Assembly (NCBI RefSeq): GCF_006345805.1
Contig: NC_043024.1
Coordinates: forward strand, 17,050,001-17,114,000
Reading direction: 5' to 3'
Length of the DNA: 64,000 bases
From: Octopus sinensis
Taxonomy: Eukaryota
Of this stretch, positions 11,833 through 24,760 are shown one piece after another. The translations under genes were made by a program, and so were the position numbers. Position 1 is the first letter of the stretch. The number at the start of each line of letters is the position of its first letter. Under the pieces are notes generated by a model. That model was not told where the DNA came from. It saw nothing but the letters and a program-made list of their open reading frames with translations, and made no database searches.

Positions 11833-13451
11833 GGCATCATTTCAACAATGTTGGACAGCCTGTAAGGACCGTAGGCATTGATCCTTCACCCAGAGCCAGT
11901 AAGCAAAAGAAAAAAAAAATCTATTTCTTGATAAAAGTTTTACCAGGGTAAATTCAAATCCATTTGATTCTTCAAGTGCATGTAAGCGTTGGAGGCATAC
12001 AACAATATAGATATATGTGAAATTATGGGATTATTTCCCTGAGTTGTATTAAACAAGAGATTTACCACCATAAAATTTTCCACAGTATAGAGAGATAATT
12101 GATTTATATCCCAATATATCAACAGACATATTGAAGACACGTTCAGAACAGCTTTATTCATACTTTTGATACATTTTGCCTAAAATGATCATTGCAAAAT
12201 ATTTAACCATCTTAGACATTGCCGTTGATTGCATATTTATACAGGATCCTGAACAAACTTAATAAAAGACTTATTTTAAGATAGGCACTTGTTCTCAATT
12301 AACTGTTTTGGAAATACCTAATAAGTGACATTATCAGGAATATATTTAATTTGTCGTTCAATATCTTAATAATGTGGAACTTAAAGTTCTCAAAGATTCT
12401 GACTAAATCCCCCCCACTTTCTACCCCAAAATTAAGAAATGGTTCAGAAAAATTATCTAGTTTACACCGATTTTTAATTAAATATTAAATATTGTCATGA
12501 ACTTTTTTAACCTTGATCGGTAAGTATTTTCACATTAACTATAAATGCAGGAAATTATTCAGTAGAAATAAGCTTAAATTAAGTTACAGTTGCACTACAT
12601 GTATGACGAGTGACCCAAATCAATTGAGGCAATAACACATGTAGAAGTATCAACACATACTCACTTAATGTGTTTTGTAATACTGAGGTAGTTATAGATG
12701 AAGCAGAAGTCAACTGTACATTACCAATCTTTGAAGTATTGCAAAAAACTACATACATATGAGAGAAGGAAAATTCAAATAAAGATACATTTTAATCATA
12801 CTTTTTCAATTACACACTTTGTAACAGAAATTTAAAGAAATTGTCTGTTTATATTTGGCAATTGAGAAAAACTGCAACTTCAGCATCAGCTGGAAGATTA
12901 TCAAACACAAAAACCAAGGTGAGTGAAAGATGGGACCAATGTGCAGCTGAAAAGAGTTGGTTAAAAAAAAAACCATCGTAATTCTGCCAACATTTAAAAC
13001 AGAATACCTACGTGTTTTTCAAAACTTCAGTACTTTAACAAACATTTGAGGAAGCAATGGAATTTCTTCCGCCAACTGACTTATCATCCCCCTCCCTTCC
13101 TACAGAGCTGGGTTGATTTTACCCTTTCTATCTCAACACCATTAAGCCCACCATAAATTTACATTTGATAATTGATATATGTCTGTGTTGTATATATATA
13201 TATATATATTTATCTATTAAGCCTTGTGTTCCTTATAATATTCATATCCTGGCAAGCATCTACTGGATATTTTTGTGTTCTTTTGAATATTGATTCAAGT
13301 AAGAAAAATTTGGAGTAACAATATATAGTCAATATCAGATTGTATTTTTTCTTTTTTCTTTTTTCATCTGTGTGTGTGTGTGTGTGTGTGTAATCAACAA
13401 TATTTCCTATATCCAAAAATGAAGCAAACACTGAAGCATTAGAGTAATAAT

Positions 13452-13601
13452 ATATTTTTAGAAAGTTAAACGTTACGACCGGTCATAGAGCGACCATTGG
13501 TTTCACACATATAAAGCGCTTTTCTGTTAAGTGCTTTACAGGTGTGAAACCAATGGTTGCTCAGTGACCAGCCATAGCATTTAATTTCTTAAAAAAAATA
13601 T
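13452..13601. repeat. ~150-bp foldback palindrome
   Basis: GACCGGTCATAGAGCGACCATTGGTTTCACAC...GTGTGAAACCAATGGTTGCTCAGTGACCAG arms with a short central loop. Confidence 0.8.
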
Positions 13602-13622
13602 TTATGTATGTGTATATGTATA

Positions 13623-13671
<49 letters not shown>

Positions 13672-13961
13672 CCTATCAGTAGCCAGTTGCATGCCAGAGT
13701 TTCAAGGAAATTGCACACAGTGATATCTTATTGACATTTGCTTCCACAACAGTGACAAAATCCTATTGAAAATTACTTTGTTTAAATTCCTGTATACAAG
13801 CACAGTAGTTGCTACTTATACAAAATGTGTGTGCGCGTGTATGTGAATAAATGTCTACATGTGTGTGCATGTGTATGTGTAAATGTAGATGTGTATGTAT
13901 ATTTATGTATATATGTATATATATATATATATATGTGTGTGTATTTGTATATATATATATA

Positions 13962-14335
13962 TGGAGGCGCAATGGCCCAGTGGTTAGATCAGTGGACTTG
14001 TGGTCGTAGGATTGCTGTTTTGATTCCCAGACCGGAAGTTGTGAGTGTTTACTGAGCAAAAACACCTAAAGCTCCCATGAGGTTCCAGAAGTGGGGTGGG
14101 ATGGCGAACCCTTCTGTACTCATTCACCACAACTTTCTCTCACTCTTTCTTCCTGTTTCTGTTGTACCTGTATTTCAAAGGGCCAGCTTTGTCACACTGA
14201 ATCTCCCCGAAAACTACCTTAAGGGTACACGTGCCTGTGGAGCGCTCAGCCACTTGCACATTAATTTCATGAGCAAGCTGTTTTGTTGATTGGATCAACT
14301 GGAATCACTCATTGTCATAACCGACGGAGTGCCGC
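13962..14335 (+). mobile_element. tRNA-derived SINE family C, tail type 1
   Basis: A box TGGCCCAGTGG, B-box-like GTTTTGATTCC; sister copy at 44365-44745 on -. Confidence 0.85.
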
Positions 14336-14402
14336 TAAATATATGTATGTGTGTGTGTGTGTGTGTGTGTAAATATATATATATATATATGCATGTGTCT
14401 GT

Positions 14403-15598
14403 ATCATCATCATCGTTTAATGTCTGTTTTCCATGCTGGCATGGGTTGGACGGTTTGACTGAAATCTGGAGAACCAACAGCTGCACAAGGCTCCAATCTT
14501 GTCTGGCAATGTTTCTACAGCTGGATGTCCTTCCTAATGCCAACCACTCTGAAAGTGTAGTGGGAGCTTTTTATATGCCACTAGCACAGAAAGCAGTCAG
14601 GTGGGCCTGGCATTGATCACGTTCCAATAATGCTTTTTCCATGCCACCGACAAGGGAGCAAATTGGAGGTACTGGCATCGGCCACATTCAGTTGGTACTT
14701 TTTATGCACCACCGGCATGAGAGCCAGTCAGTGGGTACTGGCATCAGCCTTGTTCCGATGGTGCTTTTTATGTACCAGCAGCACAGGAGCCAATCAGGTG
14801 AACCTGGCATCAATCACATTCGGATGGTGCTTTTTACATGCCAATTGCATGCGAGCCAGTCAGGGGGCACTGGTCACAGCTACAATATTGGTTTTACTTG
14901 ACTAAACAGGTTTTCTCAAGCATATCATATCATACGACGCATCAGGGCTACTCTTAACTGGGCCGGATATGCATGGCTGCGATCTCACTTAAGTTGCTGA
15001 GTCTTCTCAATCACAGCTTATCTCCAAAGGTCTCAGTCTCCTGTTACTGCCTCTGTGAGGCCCAATATTCGAGGTTCATGCTTCACCACCTCATCCCATA
15101 TTTTCCTGGCTCTACCTCTTCCATAGGTTCCTTCCACAGTTAGGGAGTGGCACTTCCTCATGCAGCTGCCCTCATCGATATGTAACACATTATCATACCA
15201 GAGCAGTCATCTTACACACCACTTTTGATGCTTCTTATGTCCAACATTTCTCTCAGGGCATTCACACTCTGTCGTATATGCACACTGACATTACACATCC
15301 AGTGGATCATACTAGCTTCATTTCTTTCAAGCCTACATGTGTCCTCAGCAGTCATGTTTCACTGCCATGTAGCATGGCAGTTCACACACATGCATCATAC
15401 AGTCTACCTTTTATCCTGAGCGAGAGGCCCTTAGTTGCCAGCAGAGGTAGGAGCTACCTGAACTTTGCCTGGGTTATTCTTATTGTAGCCATTACACTCT
15501 CAGAGTAACCACCCCACTACAGATTTGGTCACCTAGGTAGCAGAAGCTATTAATTACTTCTAGTTTCTCCCACTGGCATGTAATAGAATCTGTTTTCA
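14403..15598 (-). mobile_element. RTE LINE 3' fragment (RT C-terminus plus 3' UTR)
   Basis: Colinear with 51066-52300; YLGDQ...RVKGRLYD...LHGSET-like remnants on -. Confidence 0.85.
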
Positions 15599-15618
15599 CA
15601 TATGTGTGTGTGTGTGTG

Positions 15619-15918
15619 TGGAGGCGCACTGGCCCAGTGGTTAGGGCAGTGGACTCACGGTCGTAGGATCATGGTTTCGATTCCCAGACCAAGCGTTATG
15701 AGTGTTTATTGAGTGAAAACACCTAAAGCTCCACGAGGCTCCGGCAGGGGATAGTGGAAATCACTGCTGTACTCTTTCGCCATAATTTTCTCTCTTTCTT
15801 CTGTTGGCCTGCTCGCTTAGGTGTGGCATCATTTGAAGGCTAAAACAATGCGAAGCGCATTGTGACCAGCGATGTGTTGCAACATCTGATAGCCTGGTCG
15901 GTCACGTGATCACATGAT
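15619..15918 (+). mobile_element. SINE family C, tail type 2
   Basis: Same head and body as the 13962 copy, different tail (GGCCTGCTCGC...GGTCACGTGATC); sister copy 42860-43160 on -. Confidence 0.85.
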
Positions 15919-16899
15919 ATACATATGTGTGTGTGTGTGTGTGTGTAAGCTCTAGATATTGTAAGATAATGCTATGGAGGGTATCCAGCCCGAGAAAATA
16001 TGTCTAAAGTGGAATGTATGGACAATATATGCCAGTCTCATGGTACCAGCTTCCTGTCAGGATGAGATATGATGTAGGGGGGGGGGGTAATACCAAATAT
16101 GACCTGACCCAAAGTAGTGTGTGTGTGCAGGGGGGACTTTGTAATCCTTTTTGCATGGTACAACTCCTTTCCTGTCTGAGGCAGTAAAATGGTGTCACTT
16201 CACCCTGAGAGAACAAACCATAACAAGGTCAGGTGGATTTTTTTTCTGTTGTTGTGTGTAAGATGGCACAGACTGTGACATGCTGCCTAACAACTCGTGT
16301 CAGCATGGAGAGAAAATACTGACGATGATGACAATAATGATGATGATGTTGGTGATGACGACCATTACAATGGCGATTGATTTTATTATTCATTCCAAGC
16401 CGTAGAATATGTCAGCTCATCCAGTACCATCATATCCTAGGATTTGGTAAGAAAGATTTTGCAGAATGCTAAATTAAGACGAGATGGTCGTAGTAATAGC
16501 AGTGGTGGCTGCAATGGTGGTGGTTGTGGTGCTGGTGGCAGTGGCAGTTGTGGCGACAACAGCAGTAGCAGCAGTCATGGTGGCAGTGATGGTGATGACG
16601 GGGTTTCATTCAGTTGAACAATGATGGAACCCTGAGTATAACAGTAACCTGGCGAATAATCAAGAATATTGTAAATGTCAGGGTTAGGACACCCTGAAAG
16701 TAATAATATGGTGTTGATATTCAGGGTATATATGATATGCCGTTGACAGTAAGAGTGTATATGTAATCTGGTGTTGATAATGAGGGTACTGTAAAATGAG
16801 GAAAAGGCTATCTTCACTGTAAGAATATATTTACAATATTTCAAATATTAATACCTTAAATGTTGTTATTCAGAATACATTGATAACAATATTTCCTAT

Positions 16900-16914
16900 G
16901 CCTATATATGTATG

Positions 16915-16966
<52 letters not shown>

Positions 16967-17042
16967 CATACATACATGTATGTGTGTGTGTGTGTATATG
17001 TATATATATATATGTGTGTGTGTGTGTATATGTATATATATA

Positions 17043-17089
<47 letters not shown>

Positions 17090-17325
17090 ATATATATGTA
17101 TGTGTGTGTGTATATATATGTATGTATGTGTATATATAAATATGTATATATATATAAATATATGTATATGTGTATATATGCATATGTATATATATATATA
17201 TATATATATATGTACATATGTATATATATAAATATATGTATATGTATATAGATGTATATACATATGTATATATATGTGTATGTATATATATATGTATGTG
17301 TATATATATATACATATGTATATAT

Positions 17326-17373
<48 letters not shown>

Positions 17374-17400
17374 CTATATGCATACATAAATATGTATGCT
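16900..17400. repeat. Compound (AT)n/(GT)n microsatellite
   Basis: Direct inspection. Confidence 0.95.
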
Positions 17401-19353
17401 TCCATGCACATACTCTCTTTCTTTTCCCCATCTCTCTCTCATGCACACGCAAAAGGCCGTGAATTATTAGATATATCGAAGTATATGGTTGATAAAGTGA
17501 CATGATATCATGGCAAATTATAGATTGATATCTTATTTACGACATATGGTGGCCATGGATCCATAATTTGCCTGTGAAATATTACTGCCTGAAACCCATC
17601 ATCCGAACTAGTTTATCTAACGACCAATATATCTTCATGACTTCGCTTGCCATACACCACATATAGTCTATGAGATCCTGTGACGGATATTCATTGGATA
17701 TCGAATCAATAATGTGATATTCTCTGTGATATAAATGTGTGTCTTCGGTGGGTGGGGGTGTCTGTATGTGTGTATGAGTTTTGTAAACCTTTGGGTCTTG
17801 GAGGTTCTCTCTGTGTAAAACATTGTCAATGTGGAATGCACCAGTTAAGTTAATCGAGTGGAGACTTAGCTTCGATTTTCAAAACCATATGGATCTATAT
17901 GGCCTTCCAGTGTTCAATTTCTGCTTGCCATAAGGTTATGTGTTGTGTTATGGTTATTATTTAACCCAAGGTCAGCCAGTCCTTAATGAGAAGATTTATG
18001 TCCATAAGGCAATTCAACTATGTTTACTCTGTCTTTCTTCTAAATCACAAACATCCATTAAACAAGCACACACTTCCTGGTTTTTCTAAGATCACGTTGA
18101 GTTACTGATATTATTTAACCCCGAGTTAGCCAAGCCACGATCATCCTGTCTTTCTTTCAAAATACACAAATCAAAACTTTCCAGGATTCATTTATTTAAC
18201 CCTAGGTCAACCTGCCTTGACTGAGTAAATCTATGTCTATAAGACATTCCATCCATGACTATCCTGTCTCTCTTTCAACAAGCCAGCTTCCAAGTCAGCC
18301 ATCTCTGACTAGAATACTATGATCAAAAGCATCCCAACCATGGCCATTCCATTCATCCCTCAAGCATTTATAACTACATTATCCTCCCCCTCTTTCCTGG
18401 ATAATTTGGTGTAATTTAAGCAAGATATGGCTACTATTTCTAGTAGATCTAGCTAACACATAGACACCTCTTCACTGACTCACCTTTATGTTTATAATAC
18501 CTGGGTTTACCAAGAAATCCATCAATTAAGTCCAATATCAAAAGTGGTCAAGCCATGACCATCTTGTTTTCCTTGTCTATCTGGGACTACATTATGCAAT
18601 GTGCCCTTTCCCCTAGATGTGATTTATATTAGTTCTAGTTACTGTGACTTGGCAGTTGAACAACTAAACAGAAATTCCTCCATGGTTTGTAGATACCTTC
18701 ATCCTGTAGATTACCCAAGTGGTTTACACACATGTTTTACAGTGAAATGCTTGATCTTGCATTGGCCAGTAAAAATCAATATTCAAATAGCAACAACAAT
18801 TAACAATGCAAACCTGGCCATCAGAGATTTAATGAAAACTGACACAAACATCAATATCACCAAGTTAACTGAAATAATTTATACTGCAGACATTGTTAAG
18901 GAGGAAATTAGATACTTCCTCATATCTACTCAAATAGAAATATCAATATCAAAGCAAACAACATGGAAAATTAACAGAAATAGAGGGAACATAAGATGAA
19001 AGAATTCTCAGTTGTTACAGAAATCAATAACAAAATGACATAATTGAGAAAGAAAAATGGAGAACTAAACCTTGCAGAAATGAACACCTTAAACAAGAGA
19101 TCATTGCTAAAGTACAGAGAATTTATTTGTACGAAAAATAACAATGATTATTTGAATGAAACAAAGTTTGACTCCAACCCAAAACAATTTTAAGCTCAGT
19201 AAAAATAAAACAGGAATCAATACAACACCAACAGCAACAGATGGAGAGTGGGGTGGACAGCTAAAGAATTAGCACTGATGATATTGCTTAAAACAACCAA
19301 CACAGTATATTATTTACATTTGATGGATTTTCGTCCTCATCTTGTTTGTTGTT

Positions 19354-19399
19354 AACACAACGTTTTGGCTGATGTACTCTCCAGTCTTCATCAGGAGTC
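19354..19399 (-). ncRNA. Minimal hammerhead motif (mutated G12)
   Basis: GACTC-CTGATGA-A-GACTG-GAGAGTACAT-CAGCC-AAAA-CGTT-GTGTT. Confidence 0.6.
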
Positions 19400-20128
19400 C
19401 TGTGGGAATTTCAAACCTGGGTTCTCATTCCTAAGGTATTTTTCCAATGTTATTACAATAATAATAATAATAATAATAATAATAATTATTATTATTATTA
19501 TTTAGGTCACTGCCTGGAATTGAACTCGGAATCTTGAGATTAGTATCCTGTGCTCTTAACCACTATGCCATATGTCCGTTCGATCCCAGGCAGTGACCTG
19601 AATAATAATAATAGTAATTATAATAATAATATTGTCAGCCTTAGTGGCTGACGATATGTGCATCTCTGATCATGAGCAGAAGTAGTGGGGGAGCATCATA
19701 GCCATGTGTTGAGAGGGATTCTTTGGTGTTTGAATAATTTACCCCCGGAAACATGGGTGTTTTGTTCAACATCCTTAAACAACCCTTATTCATAGACCTT
19801 TTGAGCGGGATGGGTTACTTGACCAGAAGAAAATTCTAACTGGGCCCCACCTGCAAGGTCATGTGCTGTTTATCTTGATATGAGATCACCATATCCTGCA
19901 CATATGGTTGTGATGCATGTGCCTAGTGTACCCTTATCAGAAAGGTAGTTATGATAGGTATACTGGGCTTCGTATATTTTATCCCAGTGTCACTTTGATG
20001 GCATGCTCTCTCACTCAATGCTCTCTCACTCACTGCTCTCTCACTCAATAATATTAATAATAATAATAATAATAATAACTTTAGAAAAATACCTTAAGAA
20101 TGAGAGCCCAAGTTCGAAATTCCCCCAG

Positions 20129-20174
20129 GACATCTGATGAAGGCTGGAGAGTACATCAGCCGGAACGTTGTGGT
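20129..20174 (+). ncRNA. Minimal hammerhead motif (mutated A13)
   Basis: GACAT-CTGATGA-A-GGCTG-GAGAGTACAT-CAGCC-GGAA-CGTT-GTGGT. Confidence 0.6.
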
Positions 20175-20984
20175 AACAACAAACAAGATGAGGACAAATA
20201 TCTGTCAAATGTAAATAATGTACAGAATACCTCGTTTCTAAAATACAGAACCAACACGGTGTTGAAACAACCATGGTAAATCCCCTAACACAAAAGGTTA
20301 GCTCTAAACTGCAAAAATAATAAAACCCCAACAGTTTTTATTGATACCAGGACAGGGATACAAAGTCCTAGCAGAGGTATTTGATAAGGGTCTATAACTA
20401 ACTGATTCATTGAGGGGAAGCTATCTTGCTTCCTAACCCTGAAAACTAAACCCATAACCCGGCTTTCTACAGCTCACAACACCTTAATTGCAGTAATATC
20501 ACAGAGAATGAAGAAGCATCTAGAAGAAGCGCTAAGGGCAAAAGAGCAAAAGATAGTTCAAACAAAGAGCAAAAGAGATGCTTCAAAGCTTCCTGTCTGT
20601 AAAGATGAAATGCTGATCAATAAAACTATAATCAATAAAAGCACGAAATTAAACAGAATATTTGGAATAACTGTGGAATATGTGGAGGTTGGCAAGAAAC
20701 GGTCATGTTGTCACTGGTTACTTTGTCGTAGTGAAGAAGGAATACATTTACAGGTATAGCAGAGGAATCAGAGTTAACATTCATTGGAAGTTATAAAATT
20801 TGTGAAATACTAACCGGGATGTGTAGATATTCACTAAAAAGTATTCTTTGAAAATGACAAAGTAACCATACAAAGGGATATACCAATATACTTTGGAAGA
20901 GAGATCAGGAAAAAAGATGTCCCCTATTTGCAGTATCAAGCCTAACAGAGGACATTGTATTTCTGAAAGAAATGGGGAAATTAT

Positions 20985-21950
20985 TGAAATATATTGTTGT
21001 TTTTAGGATGGTCAGTTTTGTGGGGGGTTTTTTGGCCAAATAAACCTGCACTATATATTCGTTCTCCACTGTTCTTATTTTAACTCATGTCCATTGTCCA
21101 GAAATCTTTCATCACACACTTATGACCTCTTCTGTCAGCACTTTCCGTTCTCGTGTGTGTTCCTGCTCTTCTCAGTCCATTCGTTTCTTCTGTGATGTAT
21201 ATCCTTATATGCACGTGCATTTGTGTCTGTATTTGTGTGTGTGTGTGTACATATGTGTGGGTGTGTGTGTGTCATTGTTCTTTGTAGCAGTATGATCCTC
21301 TCCTCACCCCTATTCCCTCCCCTGTTGCTGACCTTGACCCTGGCTTTTGGTACTGCTCCTGTATCTTGTTGTGTGTTGTATTTCGTGGTAGTTGTTGTTA
21401 CTGTTGTTATTGTTGGTCTCATTAAGGCCGTTTGTGAAGTTGCTGGATGTGTGTTTGTGTGTGTATATATACACACACACACACACACACAAACACACAT
21501 AGAGTAACTTCACAAATGGCTGCAACAACATCAACAATGCAACCAACTGTGACAACAACAACAACAACTACCACAATGGCAGCAGCATTGGCAAACACAC
21601 AAACACAGAGAGATACAGGAACAGTACCAAAAGCCAAGGTTAAGGGCAGCAGGAGCAGGGGCGGGGAGGATCATAGTGCTACTAAGAACAATCACGCACA
21701 CACAAATACAGACACAAATGCATGCACATATAAGGATACACATCATAGAAAAACAGAACGGACTAAGCAGAGCAGGAGCACACACAAGGACAGAAAGTGT
21801 TGCAGATGTGTGATGAAAGATTTCCGGACAATGGACATGAGTTAAAATAATAACAGTAATAAACAAGTGAAGAACAAATAAATAGTGTGCTTGTTTATTT
21901 GGCAAAACAAAAACAAAAATGACCATCCCAAAAAACAATATCTGTTTCAA
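20985..21950. repeat. ~960-bp imperfect foldback palindrome
   Basis: e.g. TTAACTCATGTCCATTGTCCAGAAATCTTTCATCACAC (~21080) vs GTGTGATGAAAGATTTCCGGACAATGGACATGAGTTAA (~21810); centre at (TG)n/(CA)n ~21465. Confidence 0.85.
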
Positions 21951-22556
21951 CACATGGTTTCACATCAGCATTCTTGCAACACAAATTCATAAACGTATTG
22001 AAATATAATGGTTTGGAAATAGAAATAATCAGAATATGGAACATGAAAAAGAAATAAACCCTATAACAGGTGCCTTAGGGTTGAAAAAAACCAAAAAAAC
22101 CAGACAAATATATAACTGCAGGACATAAAAATATACACAGCAGCGTATTGGGAGCAGCAGTTGTAGTTGTGTACACATTAAGTGGGGCGTTGGGGATGCT
22201 ATAGAAAGAAGCCTTCTAAGTGGTTTTCTGACAGTGTGTGACTCGTTTGCTTGTGTGAAGGCACATAGCTTAGTGGTTAGAGTGTTGCACTTACAATTGT
22301 GAGGTCAGGGGTTCGACTCCCAGAACGGGCGTTGCGTTGTGTTCTTGAGCAAAGCACTTCATTTCACATTGATCTGCGATCATTTTAACATCTGAAATGT
22401 GGCACCCTGTTGCACCTGTACAGGTAATGTCGATTTGATGGAGGGAGTGAACTTATGTCTACACAAACATTTGATCACTATAAACAAATCATCTGTGTGA
22501 TTGTTTGTTAAGAAACTGTCAAACACTGAGATGTCGTCTAATGACGGGAGAGTCCA

Positions 22557-23936
22557 ATTGTCAACAGGGTATAACTACAAATTTTAGCCCACACCACAGA
22601 CTTTGAATGATCATAACTTTCAGAAAAATATTGGGTTGTCCGGAAAGTTTGTGCCGATTTATAGTAGCTAACCTTTTGACTTACCCTCCCAGGCACCTCA
22701 ATTCTGGGAAGAGGGTATTTTCAAGTTAAAGTAAAGATGGAGACACATTGTGCAACAAAATGGTTCATATTTGGTTCATTAACAATGTAACGGCAAGTAT
22801 TTATTGACCTTTTTCTTTCCTTTAAAAATCGGCATGAACTTTCCAGACAATCCAATAGATATTTTTAATGAAACTTTCTGTGAATACATGTTATATCAAG
22901 TAGATTCTGAATATACAAAATTTTTTTTGGGGAAAGTGTTTTAGAAGAGGTGTGAGGAGGATACAGTTGGGGGTTATTTTTGCAAACTGTTCCCCACTGG
23001 GGGAGGCGGGATTCAGAACAAGTCGTCCATATTTGTTTCAGTTTCTCTATTTTGTGCGTTTGTGCATCTGTATATAACCCTTAACAGCAGTCGTAAAATT
23101 TCAGGAAAGAAATTGAAAAGTTAAGGAGCGGGTGTATTAAAAAGTATAAAAGATTTTTTCTTTGCATATTGAGAATTTCCATTGGAGATTAGGTTGTAAT
23201 CCACAGAGAATAAAAGCACAAAAGGGTGGCATGCTTATTGTCAGTGTCTTCACACACACAGATACACATATATATAACGAAAAAAAGTTCAAACATTATA
23301 GAGATTATGTAACAAATTATACTTTACACGTCTATATTTAACTGTGTGTGTATATTCCTTATTTTTGCTTCTGGTGTCTTCTGCCTTTTTATTAGAACTG
23401 TTTACCCCGGAATTTACTTTAAGGGAAAAAAAAATAGTATGCAACAGATAAGTCGTCTTAATAACATGTATCTGTGTACCAGACTTTTAGCTGTTATTTT
23501 TAGCATGAGTTTTCTGGTGAGGGCTTCCTTTGCCTTCATTGCCTGTTGCTTCAGTACAAATATACGGATGCACAAACCCACAAAACAGAGAAAATGTAAC
23601 AAATATGGATGACTTGTTCCAAAACAGCCCCAAGTGGGGAATAGTTTGCAAATATAACCGCCAGTTGTTTTTCCCCCAAAATGCCTATATGCTCGGAATC
23701 TATCCATTTTCCTGAAAGTTAAGCGAATTGAAGTGGAGTGCAGTGAATTTTCTGAAAATCTCCCCCCACTTCTCCTAAAACACTTTCCCCCTACAAAAAT
23801 TTTTTATATATTTGGAATCTACATAATATAATGCATATTAGTAGTAAATTTCATTAAAAAATATCCGTTTCTCTGAAAGTTATGATCATCCAATGTCGCG
23901 GGGGCAGAAATCTGTAGTTATATCCTGTTGACGATT
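22557..23936. mobile_element. Non-autonomous DNA transposon with long (~290 bp) diverged TIRs
   Basis: TTGTCAACAGGGTATAACTACA vs TGTAGTTATATCCTGTTGACGA termini; inner arms 22965-23075 vs 23560-23668. Confidence 0.7.
22631..22855 (+). mobile_element. Mariner deletion derivative nested in the left TIR
   Basis: TA TSD; TIR TTGGGTTGTCCGGAAAGTTTGTGCCGATTT; transposase C-terminal remnant FWEEGIFKLK*RWRHIVQQNGSY. Confidence 0.85.
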
Positions 23937-24431
23937 GATCAATTAAATGAAATCTCTGTATAAGTTATTTTTTTTCTCATACACACACACACTCACATAG
24001 GTATATATCTTACACAAAGAGAAAGCTGGGGAAGAATATAAAAAATGGAAGTAACTTTAGAAATGCTTCTTTATCTGAAATTGTCACAGCTATAATGATG
24101 TATACATATTTGTGTGTGTGTGTATAAAAAGCTGGTTACTTAGTTACTATGTTGACATTGACAAAACAGTTACACGAACGTGTTAAAAAGTCGATTTGCG
24201 TCAAGAATAATCACATGGGATTTAAATGTGAACTACCAAGTCTTAAAAAAACGATTTGTTCCAAGAATGTCCGAAATATGTATTGGAAAATCAATGTTCA
24301 ATATACAGTCGTATGTCATTTAATTAATTGAGAAAAAGACTTCTATCTCCGTATGAAATTTTTTTCTGACATGAGAGTACCTTTAGAAATTCTTTTTATC
24401 AGAAATCATCATAACCGTAATGATGTATGCA

Positions 24432-24462
<31 letters not shown>

Positions 24463-24702
24463 AGTTGGTTAGGATGTCAAAGACAGAAAGTTCAAACATA
24501 GGGAGTTGAGAGAACGATTTGAAGAAATGAATCTTTATATATAGAGCAATATTATTTATTACGGAGATGTACTTGCATAGCAAGTGATTTGATCTGAGAT
24601 CGTGTTGTGGAATGAAAACAATTGCAGTGTGGAAGGTGTTTGTAAGTCATTTAAGAAACACACAAAAGCCGATTGATTCACTTCAGCATTTAAGTTTAAT
24701 TT

Positions 24703-24747
24703 GTCAAAATATTTTCGTTGCTATAAGACCGTGACCTGTTCACTGGC
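24703..24747 (-). ncRNA. Hammerhead-like motif with G3:C8 core
   Basis: GCCA-GTGAACA-G-GTCAC-GGTCTTATA-GCAAC-GAAA-ATAT-TT-TGAC. Confidence 0.5.
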
Positions 24748-24760
24748 AGCACAGATTTTT

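Larger units (their letters stand above)
19305..20248. mobile_element. Head-to-head pair of tRNA-headed SINEs with hammerhead-bearing tails; candidate 12-bp TSD
   Basis: Left copy (-) 19577>19305, right copy (+) 19578>20248; TSD AACCAACACAGT (19295-19306) vs AACCAACACGGT (20249-20260); unrelated element inserted at ~19634-20050 in the (TAA)n linker. Confidence 0.7.
18740..22160 (+). mobile_element. Heavily decayed R4/Dong-like (REL-endonuclease) non-LTR retrotransposon, interrupted by two insertions
   Basis: Remnants in correct order: NITKLTEIIYTA, F.SNPKQF, CKDEMLINKTI (RT region) and LEIEIIRIWNMK...GALG (REL C-terminus). Confidence 0.55.

Noticed and set aside
13962-14035. tRNA-like sequences (also 15619, 19505-19577, 22260, SINE A and B heads) as tRNA genes
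   Set aside because: A and B boxes are present but acceptor stems do not pair, and each continues into a SINE body
16575-16844. 89-aa minus-strand ORF in unique sequence
   Set aside because: No recognisable domain, non-ATG start, and it ends in a trinucleotide tract
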